Of a DNA stretch of 64,000 bases, positions 9,431 through 18,251 are shown piece by piece (position 1 is the first letter of the stretch; each line of letters starts with the position of its first letter). The notes under the pieces are model-generated. The model saw nothing but the letters and a program-made list of their open reading frames with translations. It searched no databases and was not told the origin of the DNA. Origin of the DNA: Chloroflexota bacterium (GTDB lineage Bacteria > Chloroflexota > UBA11872 > VXOZ01); assembly GCA_958295775.1 (NCBI GenBank), contig CATQHC010000007.1, positions 1,061 through 65,060 of the forward strand, in the 5' to 3' direction. The translations under genes and the position numbers were made by a program.

Positions 9431-10759
9431 TTGATTTTGGATCCGTCAAGTTGGGGTCAGATTCTTGGAATTCTCATCCTAACGATACTCAACGGGTTCT
9501 TCGCAGCGACAGAGACCTCGGTGATTACGGTAAGCCGCGCGCGCATCCAACAACTGGCGGATGAAGGCGTAAGAAATGCGCGTATCGTTCGCGGCTTTCA
9601 TCTAAACATCGAGCGATTCCTGACGACCATCCAGATTGCGATCACGACGGTTGGCTTCCTCGCGTCCGCCATCGGCGCGGTGAGCTTCTCGGATGACCTG
9701 GGGCGCGTCATCGGCAACAATCTCGTCGCCCTCATTCTGATCACATTGGCAATTGCCTTCGTCAGCATCGTCCTGGGCGAAATCGTGCCCAAGACGATGG
9801 CAATTACCCACGCCGAGCGCTTTGCCCTGGTCACGGCGCGGGCAATCATGGTCACTCAAACCGCATTCTATCCGCTGGTCTGGCTCATTTCCCGCTCAAG
9901 CAACCTCATCACGCATCGCTTTGGACGAGAAGCCCTCACCACCGTCCCTACAGTCACGGAAGAAGAGATCAAGTTGATGGTGGATACCGGCGGCAAAGAG
10001 GGGGTGCTCGAGGAAGGCGAGCGCGAAATGATCTACGGCGTGTTTGAATTAGGCGATTTGACGGTTGGCGATATTATGTCTCCCCGCGTCGATATTGTGA
10101 CCCTAGAAAGTGACAATACGCTGGCTGACGCTATCCATGCGTCTTCCGACCACGGGTACTCCCGCATTCCGGTCTATGAAGAGACTATTGACAATATCAA
10201 GGGTGTTGTTTATGTAAAGGACATGCTGCCATACGTGCAAGCCAATACGCTCGATACGCTCGTGGGGGACGTAATGCGCGAACCGTATTTCGTGCCAGAG
10301 TCAAAGAAGGTAAGCGATTTCCTGCAAGAAATGCGGCAAAAGCGCGTCCACGCGGCAATCTGTGTGGACGAGTTCGGCGGCGTCGCCGGTCTCGTAACGA
10401 TTGAAGACGTGCTGGAAGAAATCGTGGGCGAGATCCAAGACGAGCACGACGCCGAAGAGCCCCAGGTGGAGATGGTCAACGAACTGGAAGCGATGGTGGA
10501 CCCTGCGGTAAACATGCACGATCTCAACGATGTGCTCGGCATCAATCTTGAGAACGAAGAGGTGGACACCCTGGGCGGTGTGATCTACGCCCATCTCGGG
10601 CGTATGGCAGACGAAGGTGACGAGCTGAAACTCGACGGTATTACGGTGTCAGTCTTAGCGGTCGAAGGCACTCGCATCAAGAAGGTGCTCGTGCGTAAGG
10701 AGCCGGAGCCGAGCCCGTCCGACGAAGGGACAGAAACGAGCGATCAAGCGGAGAATTGA
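9431..10759 (+). CDS. CNNM/HlyC-CorC family protein (DUF21 + 2 CBS + CorC domain)
   Basis: LNGFFAATE, VLGEIVPK, IMSPRVDI, YSRIPVY, VDEFGGVAGLVTIEDVLEEIVGEIQDEHD. Confidence 0.93.
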   Translation: MILDPSSWGQILGILILTILNGFFAATETSVITVSRARIQQLADEGVRNARIVRGFHLNIERFLTTIQIAITTVGFLASAIGAVSFSDDLGRVIGNNLVALILITLAIAFVSIVLGEIVPKTMAITHAERFALVTARAIMVTQTAFYPLVWLISRSSNLITHRFGREALTTVPTVTEEEIKLMVDTGGKEGVLEEGEREMIYGVFELGDLTVGDIMSPRVDIVTLESDNTLADAIHASSDHGYSRIPVYEETIDNIKGVVYVKDMLPYVQANTLDTLVGDVMREPYFVPESKKVSDFLQEMRQKRVHAAICVDEFGGVAGLVTIEDVLEEIVGEIQDEHDAEEPQVEMVNELEAMVDPAVNMHDLNDVLGINLENEEVDTLGGVIYAHLGRMADEGDELKLDGITVSVLAVEGTRIKKVLVRKEPEPSPSDEGTETSDQAEN

Positions 10760-10771
10760 TAGCCCCTTGCG

Positions 10772-11092
10772 GAGACCTTTGCGAAACCCTTGCCGAGGCG
10801 AGAAAGTCCCCTCTCCCGGCGGAGACCCTTGAATTACTCACGTGCATTCGAGACAAACTTCCTCTCCCTGGGGAGAGGATCAAGGTGAGGGGTCTTTTGG
10901 TTGAATTGGTCCCTTAACTTGTGTAAGGTCAAGATGTAACAGAGCGAAATTGGTATGCATATGTAGGGAGTTGGGAACATTTGCCCTCACCCTAACCGTT
11001 TTCCGTCGAGGAGAGGGTTAGAGCCTGCCCCGTACTTGATACGGGGGTGAGGGGGTCTTCTCACCACACGGCCCAAGTTGTGCAAGGGTCTC
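10772..11092. mobile_element. MITE-like element with GAGACC(T/C)TTG termini, filled with palindromic repeats
   Basis: Left end GAGACCTTTGCG, right end TGCAAGGGTCTC. Shares ACCCTTGCCGAGGCGAGAAAGTCCCCTCTCC (inverted) with 40905..41226. No ORF. Confidence 0.6.
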
Positions 11093-11330
11093 TTCGCGGG
11101 GGAAAGCCCCTTTACGGCAAGTGAGGCATTGCAGACTGGGTATTGCAGATGTGAGTGACTCCATAGGGCTGTGGGTACGCCAACTCGCAGCCCTTTGTCA
11201 TGCAAGCGGTAACTCAGGCGGAGACTGAACGCAGTTCGCTGAACTGGCGTCTTCCACGACATAGCGGGCGCCAATTTGCGGCAAGCGCCGGCAGAGCGAA
11301 CACCCGTGCTGCGGCTACAATTGTGACTTC

Positions 11331-12095
11331 ATGACGAAACAACGTACCCACATTGCGGAAGCGATTGTGCTGCGGCGTTCCGACTTCCAGGAGGCGGACC
11401 GGCGCTTGACGCTGCTTACGCCCGAGCGGGGACGCCTCAACGTGGTAGCAAAAGGCGTGCGCCGTCCGGCGAGCCGCATGGCCGGACACCTGGAACTGTT
11501 CACCCTGGCCAGGCTATTTGTGGTGCGGCGCCGCAGCTTGGACTTGGTAGTACAGGCGGAGACCGTGCAGACGTTCCCGCAATTGCGCACCGACCTAAAC
11601 CGCCTGCCGTACGCCTACCAAGCGGTGGAGGCCGCGCACATTCTGGTGGAAGAAGAGGTGGAAGCGTATGGCGAATTCGTTCTGCTCGTCCAGGCGCTGG
11701 GGGCGCTTGCAACCACCGCTGCCTTGCCGTTGGTCTTAGTTGCCTATAAACTACAGCTACTGGCGAGTCTTGGGTATCAGGCACAGCTCCAAGAATGCGC
11801 GCGCTGTGGCGACCCACTCTCCGCGGGGGCCAATCGGGTGCGCCCTGACATCGGTGGCGCGGTGTGTTCCCGCTGCGGCGGCGTAACCGGACTACCGGTT
11901 ACGGTGCGCGCAATCAAGTGCCTACGCTGGCTAGCGCGTGAGCCGCTGCAAACTGTAGACCGTCTTCAGGTTGATACGGCCACCACCGCCCAAATCGAAC
12001 TGACCGCAGACGCGTTTGTGCGCTACGTTGCCGAGCAGGACTTGAAATCCTCGCCCTTCCTCGAGCGTATGCGCGCGTTGAAAACACAATCGTAA
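11331..12095 (+). CDS. recO: DNA repair protein RecO
   Basis: EADRRLTLLT, AKGVRR, GHLELF, Zn finger CARC...CSRC. Confidence 0.96.
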   Translation: MTKQRTHIAEAIVLRRSDFQEADRRLTLLTPERGRLNVVAKGVRRPASRMAGHLELFTLARLFVVRRRSLDLVVQAETVQTFPQLRTDLNRLPYAYQAVEAAHILVEEEVEAYGEFVLLVQALGALATTAALPLVLVAYKLQLLASLGYQAQLQECARCGDPLSAGANRVRPDIGGAVCSRCGGVTGLPVTVRAIKCLRWLAREPLQTVDRLQVDTATTAQIELTADAFVRYVAEQDLKSSPFLERMRALKTQS

Positions 12096-12106
12096 AGGGA
12101 TTCACG

Positions 12107-13438
12107 TTGGCAGCGAAAACCGACATCATGGAAGAAATCGTCAGTCTGTGCAAACGGCGGGGGTTTGTCTATCCCTCCAGCGAGATCTACGGCGGTTTCG
12201 AGAGTTTCTGGGACTACGGGCCGCTTGGCATCGCCCTCAAGCGCAACGTACGCGAGGCCTGGTGGCACAACACCGTCCGCTCCCGCGACAACGTGGTTGG
12301 CGTGGAAACCGGCGTCATCATGAATCCCAACGTGTGGCAGACGACCGGCCACGCCTCGCATTTTGCCGACACCCTGGTGGATTGCACGAGTTGCAACCAA
12401 CGCTTTCGTGTGGACCATCTTGAAGGTGACACCTGCCCCAATTGCGGCGGCGAATTCACGGAGCCGCGCCGTTTCCTGACAATGTTCAAGACGTTCGTCG
12501 GCCCGGTGGAGGACGATTCCGCGGTTGCGTATCTGCGTCCGGAGACTGCTCAAGGCATGTTCGTGAATTTCAAGAACGTGCTCAATACGTCCCGGCTGCG
12601 CCTGCCGTTCGGCATTGCCCAAATCGGCAAGTCGTACCGCAATGAAATCACCACCGGCAACTTCATCTTCCGCCAGCGTGAATTCGAACAAATGGAGATC
12701 GAGTTTTTCTGCGAGCCGGGCACCGACGACCAGTGGCACGCCTACTGGCTGGAGGCGCGGCGGCAATGGTATCTCGCCTATGGCGTGAAGGAAGAAAAAC
12801 TGCGTCTCCGCCAGCACGGCGACGACGAACTCGCCTTCTATGCGAAGTATTGCTGGGACATCGAGTATGAGTTCCCCTTCGGCTGGGGCGAGTTGGAGGG
12901 CATCTCCAACCGCACCGACTACGACCTCCGCAACCACAGCGAAGCTACCGGCCAGGACCTCACCTTCTTTGACGAGGAGAGGAAGGAGCACGTCTTCCCC
13001 TACGTGATCGAGCCCGCTGCCGGCGCAGACCGGGCGCTTCTCACCTTCCTGCTCGACGCCTACGACCGGGACGTCGATGCCAAAGGCGATACGCGGGTCG
13101 TGCTGCGGTTCCATCCGTTTCTCGCGCCGATCAAGGCGGCAATTTTGCCCTTGGTAAAGAAGGGCGGCCTGCCGGACATCGCCAAAGAGATCGTGGCACA
13201 GCTCCAACTGCATTGGGACGTCTTCTACGATGAGAGCGGCAGCATTGGCCGCCGCTACCGGCGCCAGGACGAAGCCGGCACGCCGTTCGGCATCACGGTG
13301 GACTTTCAAACGAAGGACGACAATACGGTGACGGTGCGGCATCGCGACAGCATGGCGCAAGAACGCGTGCCGATTGCGGAACTCACGGCGTTCATGGCGC
13401 AGCACATCCGCCCCGAGTCGAATCCGAAGCTTCCATAA
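12107..13438 (+). CDS. glyQS: Glycine--tRNA ligase (homodimeric alpha2 type)
   Basis: LCKRRGF, YLRPETAQG, FGIAQIGKSYRNEI, FRQREFEQMEIE, VIEPAAG, SIGRRYRRQDEAGTP. Confidence 0.97.
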   Translation: MAAKTDIMEEIVSLCKRRGFVYPSSEIYGGFESFWDYGPLGIALKRNVREAWWHNTVRSRDNVVGVETGVIMNPNVWQTTGHASHFADTLVDCTSCNQRFRVDHLEGDTCPNCGGEFTEPRRFLTMFKTFVGPVEDDSAVAYLRPETAQGMFVNFKNVLNTSRLRLPFGIAQIGKSYRNEITTGNFIFRQREFEQMEIEFFCEPGTDDQWHAYWLEARRQWYLAYGVKEEKLRLRQHGDDELAFYAKYCWDIEYEFPFGWGELEGISNRTDYDLRNHSEATGQDLTFFDEERKEHVFPYVIEPAAGADRALLTFLLDAYDRDVDAKGDTRVVLRFHPFLAPIKAAILPLVKKGGLPDIAKEIVAQLQLHWDVFYDESGSIGRRYRRQDEAGTPFGITVDFQTKDDNTVTVRHRDSMAQERVPIAELTAFMAQHIRPESNPKLP

Positions 13439-13636
13439 AGTTAGTTGAGTGTTGGAAGAGTGATTCACAAATTCGTTCGGGGCCAAGAGTGATCTCCAAT
13501 GCCTTACTGTAGCTTGTTTCCGTGGCGGATTTCTTGTATTTAGCTCGCGCATGACGATGGTAACCGCAGCTAATCGCACTCTTGCTACAGCGTAGTTCAA
13601 TTGGTATATTGAGTGTAGTGGATTGAGGAGATAGAC

Positions 13637-13852
13637 ATGAGTTGGGAATCTGCTACAACCGTCGTTGTAACAGGTGTTGCAGTTGGCGGATTCATAATGC
13701 TACAGATTCGTAGCCTTGACGGGCGCATGTCCAGTCTTGAGAGCCGTGTATCTGGCATAGAGCAGCGGCTGGCTCGCATCGAAGGGTTACTAGAAGGCTA
13801 CTTTGCAAGCAACAAAGGGAGTGAATCTAATACCCCGCCCACGAGCGACTAG
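13637..13852 (+). CDS. Small hypothetical protein: one TM plus heptad coiled coil
   Basis: RBS GAGGAG, 71 aa, LDGRMSSLESRVSGIEQRLARIEGLL, followed by a terminator. Confidence 0.65.
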   Translation: MSWESATTVVVTGVAVGGFIMLQIRSLDGRMSSLESRVSGIEQRLARIEGLLEGYFASNKGSESNTPPTSD

Positions 13853-13913
13853 TCAAAGAATGAATTCAAGCGGCGGGACTTCAATCCGGCCTGCAGACAA
13901 ATATAAGAAAAAT

Positions 13914-13948
13914 AAAAGCCCGCTACGCTTCCTGTAGCGGGCTTTTTT
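13914..13948. terminator. Bidirectional intrinsic terminator
   Basis: AAAAGCCCGCTAC-GCTTCCT-GTAGCGGGCTTTTTT between convergent genes. Confidence 0.85.
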
Positions 13949-13971
13949 GGTTCCAAGTGTGGGAGGAAAGT

Positions 13972-14436
13972 CTAGCCTGCCTTCAGGCTCTCCGCATAGT
14001 CCGCGATGAACGCGTCTACCTTGCCGCCCTTCAAGTCGCCGGGGCGGAAGTCGCGTAACGCTTGTACCGCGTCTTGCGGCGAATAATCTTCGTACTTGAC
14101 CAAGTACCCTGCCAGGACCGTACCGGCCCCGCCGAATCCCGAGCCTCAGTGAATGAGGGCTTTGTCATCCCGCAGGGCTGCCGCGTGCAGGGACTCCACG
14201 GCGGCATCGAGTGTCGCCACGTCGCTGCTCACGCCACTAAAATTGTCGACCGTCATGCCAAGACGTTCGATGGTCTCCGTATCGGGTGTCTTGCTCGATG
14301 CGGCGACGATGTGGGAAATGCCCTGCGCTGCCACCGCGCTTAGCTCTTCTTCGGTATCCGGAAAGCCGGAGGCGGCGAACTTACTCTCCCCAAACCACTT
14401 GAAAATACGTGGCAGGGTTTGCGCATTCTCAGTCAT
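13972..14436 (-). CDS. Dual-specificity phosphatase (PTP/DSP)-fold protein with in-frame TGA at the catalytic Cys; candidate selenoprotein (U97), 154 aa
   Basis: RBS AAGGAAG then ATG at 14436. Reads ...DKALIH-TGA-GSGFGGAGTVLAGYLVKYEDYSPQDAVQALRDFRPGDLKGGKVDAFIADYAESLKAG-TAG. Aligns with VHCxxGxGRTGTxLAxYL...AIxxxRxxRPG. SECIS-like hairpin follows the TGA. Confidence 0.8.
14113..14131 (-). promoter_or_regulatory. Putative bacterial SECIS upper stem-loop
   Basis: mRNA CGGGGCCG-GUA-CGGUCCUG at +15..+33 after the UGA. 8-bp stem with two G-U pairs; loop G at +23 and U at +24. Confidence 0.65.
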
Positions 14437-14602
14437 AGCTCTCTTCCTTTCAGTGCAGCTCTTCATCAAGACTGCGTTTTTGTTGAGAGCCGCGACACGT
14501 ACCCTCTCAGTGCCGTAGCCCATCGTGGCAGACGGTTGAACACTTATCTCGCCCAATAAGGTCGCTAGCTGTGCGCTTCTCTCGTGCTCCGACCGATTCC
14601 GG

Positions 14603-17600
14603 TCAGGCGGCCCGCACCACACCCAGCGTTACCAAAATGCCGTTGAGATCGACTACCTCTTGATGAGCCTCGTCAGGCGCAGAGGCCGGCTCAACGCTCA
14701 CGGATAACGTCTCCTGGGCGACAGCTTCGCAATGCGTGCTCAGCATCGCGGAAACGGTTGCATGGTCCGCCTCCCCGTCGGTCACTCCGATATACGTCAC
14801 AATGCGATCGGAGAGGTCGAAGTTAGCGGCGCGCCGCAGGTTTTGGACATGGTGGATTAGTTCGCGGGCCATGCCTTCCCGTTCAAGGTCCGGCGTAATT
14901 TCGGTATGGAGCGCCACTAAGTAGCCTTCCTCGGTCGCCACGCTATAGTCCGCGCGTTCCTGCGCTTGCACATCCACTTCCTCGGGCAGCAACTCGATAG
15001 ATTGTCCGTCCACCTCAACCGCGATCGGCTCGCCCTGTGCGGCCAGCCGCGCGCCGGCCTGGGCATCGCTCGCACGCAGCGCTGCCGCGATTGCCTTTAC
15101 CTGCTTGCCGTACTTGGGACCGAGCAGGTTGAAGCGGGGTTTGAGCGCATACGTCACCAGTTCCTCTTCCGGCCCGACAAACCGGATTGTCTTGACGTTC
15201 AATTCGCTGAGAATGTGCTCCTGCAAACGCGCGAGGCCCGCCTGCTCGTCGGCGGTCTTCACGTGTATCAGGATCTCCGGTAGGGGCTGGCGTACCTTGA
15301 TCTTGCTGGTGCTGCGCGCGGCGCGCCCTAAGCTGACGATGCGCTGAACCAGTGCCATGTGCGCCAGCAGCGGTTCATCGATCAGCGCAGCATTGCACCG
15401 CGGCCATTCCGTATGGTGGACGCTTTCAGGCGCCGTGCCGTCCACCGCGCGGACGAGGTTCTGGTAGACCTCTTCGCTGAGAAACGGCATTACGGGAGCA
15501 ATCACTCGTGTGAGCGTGGTGAGCGCCTCGTACAGCGTCACATAGGCAGACAACGTATCGCGGTCCTGGCCTGACTTCCAATAACGCCGGCGGCTCCGAC
15601 GCACGTACCACGTAGATAATTGCTCGATGAAACTGTTGACCCGGCGCGCGACGCTGTAGGCATCGTATTGTTCCAGATCGCTGGTCACGTCGCGCACGAG
15701 CTTGTGCAGCAACGCGATGATCCAGCGGTCCATCAACGACCGTACTTCCAGCGGCATGGCGACCTGGGTGGGGTCGAACTCTTCCAGCTTTGCGTAAGTA
15801 ACAAAGAAGTTGTAGACGTTCCAGAGGAGCAGGAGCCGCCGTTTGACGTCCTGAGCGACACCGTAGCCGAAGTTCAAATTCTGCTGGGGATTGCTCTCGC
15901 AATAGAGCCAGCGCATGACGTCCGCGCCCATCTGCTCCACGGCATCATCGAACCAGATGGCGTTGCCGTGGCTCTTGTGCATCGGCCTGCCCCGCTCATC
16001 ATTGACCTTTTCGTAGATGAGCACGTTGCGGTAGGGACGCACGTCTTCCAGGGTGACGCTCATAAAGGCGAGCGCGTAGAACCAAAGCCGAATCTGCTCG
16101 CGCATTTCGCTTACGAAGTCGGCAGGATACCACTTGCCCCACTCGGCGCTGCCTTCCAGGTAGCCGAGCGTGGAGAACGGCACAATACCGGCATCCAGCC
16201 AGCAGTCGCCGACCTCAGGAATGCGGGACACCTCGGCATCGCATTGCTCGCAACGAATTATGATCTCATCGATCCAGGGGCGGTGCAATTCCGGGAGCGC
16301 GCGCACCTTCTCGGGATCAGTCGCCCGTTCCTCCAGCTCCTGCAGCGTGCCGACGATTGTCACGTGGTCGCAGCTCTCGCAGGCGTAGAACGGCAGGGGT
16401 AGACCCCAGAAGCGCTTGCGCGAGATACACCAGTCGCCCATGTTGAACAGCCAGTCATCCATGCGCTTCTGGCCGTAGCCGGGTACCCAACCGACCGTCT
16501 CGTTTTCCGCGCGCATGTGCCCGCGGATTTCCTCGGCGGAAATGAACCACTCTTCTACCAACCGAAACGCGACTTCCTCTCCGCAGCGCCAGCACACCGG
16601 ATAGCGGTGGGTGTAGTCTTCGATGCGGTAGACGTTGCCCGCCGCTTCAAGCGCGGCAAAGATCATCTCGTTCGTCTCAGTGATGTTGCGGCCGCTGAGC
16701 TGACCGAACCCTTCAACATAGTTGCCGTCGCCATCGATCGGCACGATGACACTGAGCCCCTGTTCCTGCGATAGCTCGTAGTCCTCGGCGCCGCAGCCCG
16801 GCGCGATATGGACGATGCCCGTGCCTTCTTCTTCGCCAACGATTTCCCAACCGACGACGCGGGTAGCAACTTCCTGCTGGACAGGTAATTCATGCCAGGG
16901 CCCGGCGTATTCCAAACCCACAAGCTCAGCGCCTTTGAACTCACGGAGGACCGCGAGCTTGCCGCGCCCCACGCTTTCCAAGGTGCCTTTCGAGAGGTAG
17001 TAGGTGTTGCCGTCAGCTTCGGCGGCCACGTAGATCAGGTCGGGATGCACGGCCAGCGCGGTGTTCGCCGCGAGCGTCCACGGTGTGGTTGTCCAGACCA
17101 TGAGATACTCGTTTTCGCGGCCCTTGACCGGCAGCCGCAGCGTGATGCTCGGGTGCGTGACCTCACGGTAGGTGTCGGTACCGACCAACTCATGCTGCGA
17201 GAGGCTGGTGCCGCAGCGAATGCACCAGGGCATGGAGCGCCAGCCCTTGTAGAGCCAGCCCTTTTCGTGGCAGCGCTTGAGGAAATACCAAATGTGCTCG
17301 ATATTGGAATCGTCCATGGTGTAGTACGAGTTGTCCCAATCCATCCACTGACCGAGCCGGATGGACTGGTTCGTCTGCACCGCGGAGAAGTGCTCGACGC
17401 GCTTGCGGCACTCGCGGGAAAAGTTATCGAGGCCGAACTCCTCGATTTCATGCTTGGAATCAAAGCCCAGGTCGCGTTCGACCTCCACCTCAAGCCACAG
17501 TCCCTGGCAGTCGAAACCGTTTTGATAGCGCTGCGCGTAGCCCTGCATGGCCTTGAAGCGCTGATAGATGTCCTTGTACGTGCGTCCCCAGGCGTGGTGG

Positions 17601-17773
17601 ACGCCCATCGGATTGTTGGCGGTGATGGGGCCGTCAATGAAAGACCAGCGAGGATTGTCGCAGTTCTTTTCAACTAGCTTGTTGAACGCATCGGTATCCT
17701 CCCAGAATTTCAGGATTCGATGCTCCATACTGGGAAAGTCGAGGTCTCTGTTGACTTCCTTGAACCCGGCCAA
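14603..17773 (-). CDS. ileS: Isoleucine--tRNA ligase, type 2, GXHH signature variant
   Basis: AGGAGG RBS then TTG at 17773. DGPITANNPMGVHHAWGRTYKD, WTTTPWTL, DWCISRKRFWG, MHKSHGN. The ORF-track extension to 17977 is judged spurious. Confidence 0.96.
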   Translation of the reverse strand: MAGFKEVNRDLDFPSMEHRILKFWEDTDAFNKLVEKNCDNPRWSFIDGPITANNPMGVHHAWGRTYKDIYQRFKAMQGYAQRYQNGFDCQGLWLEVEVERDLGFDSKHEIEEFGLDNFSRECRKRVEHFSAVQTNQSIRLGQWMDWDNSYYTMDDSNIEHIWYFLKRCHEKGWLYKGWRSMPWCIRCGTSLSQHELVGTDTYREVTHPSITLRLPVKGRENEYLMVWTTTPWTLAANTALAVHPDLIYVAAEADGNTYYLSKGTLESVGRGKLAVLREFKGAELVGLEYAGPWHELPVQQEVATRVVGWEIVGEEEGTGIVHIAPGCGAEDYELSQEQGLSVIVPIDGDGNYVEGFGQLSGRNITETNEMIFAALEAAGNVYRIEDYTHRYPVCWRCGEEVAFRLVEEWFISAEEIRGHMRAENETVGWVPGYGQKRMDDWLFNMGDWCISRKRFWGLPLPFYACESCDHVTIVGTLQELEERATDPEKVRALPELHRPWIDEIIIRCEQCDAEVSRIPEVGDCWLDAGIVPFSTLGYLEGSAEWGKWYPADFVSEMREQIRLWFYALAFMSVTLEDVRPYRNVLIYEKVNDERGRPMHKSHGNAIWFDDAVEQMGADVMRWLYCESNPQQNLNFGYGVAQDVKRRLLLLWNVYNFFVTYAKLEEFDPTQVAMPLEVRSLMDRWIIALLHKLVRDVTSDLEQYDAYSVARRVNSFIEQLSTWYVRRSRRRYWKSGQDRDTLSAYVTLYEALTTLTRVIAPVMPFLSEEVYQNLVRAVDGTAPESVHHTEWPRCNAALIDEPLLAHMALVQRIVSLGRAARSTSKIKVRQPLPEILIHVKTADEQAGLARLQEHILSELNVKTIRFVGPEEELVTYALKPRFNLLGPKYGKQVKAIAAALRASDAQAGARLAAQGEPIAVEVDGQSIELLPEEVDVQAQERADYSVATEEGYLVALHTEITPDLEREGMARELIHHVQNLRRAANFDLSDRIVTYIGVTDGEADHATVSAMLSTHCEAVAQETLSVSVEPASAPDEAHQEVVDLNGILVTLGVVRAA

Positions 17774-18075
17774 TTCGTGCCTCCTGGATGACGCCGCTAC
17801 GCGGAGTTGGGACTGTCCAAAGCCCCTGCTGTTGCTGCGGGCATTTTGCAGTCTAGAAGTTGTCTTTGGGTAATACTGACTTTGGGGAAAGGCCGCGCGC
17901 CGGTGACTGCGCAGAGCCGCAGGGTTGCAGTCGCACAGCAATTCTAAGCGCGAACAGGCTGCTCCTACGCGTGGCATTCTGGCACGGAATCACGCCGCGC
18001 GTCAAGCTGAAGCGAGCAATGGCGCCCGGAATCCCGCTCGGTGCGCGCAACCATCGCTTTCAGCGGCATTGGGGT

Positions 18076-18103
18076 GTAGGGGCACGACATGTCGTGCCCC
18101 TAC
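18076..18103. repeat. GTAG-family REP palindrome GTAGGGGCACGACATGTCGTGCCCCTAC
   Basis: Perfect 28-bp palindrome; near-identical copy at 24955..24982. Confidence 0.85.
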
Positions 18104-18251
18104 GGGTCAAAGGCTCTATTCTCTTCGTTGGCGGAAGTTTGCGCGTGTGGGACTTGATTTACTGTCTAGGGTATATTCATGAAGAACAATGACATGAAAT
18201 AGCTATGCGATGTATCGCGATACGAATGAGACTTAGAGGGGAACAACGTCC

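Noticed and set aside
11224-11240. LexA/SOS box upstream of recO (GAACGCAGTTC)
   Set aside because: The spacing is N3, not the GAAC-N4-GTTC of the Gram-positive-type box.
12023-13600. Long antisense or alternate-frame ORFs over glyQS (also 15620..16402, 16892..17677, 27626..28702, 32166..33245, 46627..48015, 52600..53547, 59262..60131, 3630..4538)
   Set aside because: They overlap confidently identified genes, show no recognisable motifs, and are expected shadow ORFs in GC-rich coding DNA.
14146-14622. ORF-track 158-aa protein ending at TGA 14146
   Set aside because: Wrong at both ends. The RBS-supported start is the ATG at 14436, and the domain continues past the TGA to 13972.
17774-18060. 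T-box riboswitch upstream of ileS (also checked before glyQS, argS and valS)
   Set aside because: I could not identify a GGTGGNACCGCG antiterminator or a specifier stem by eye.
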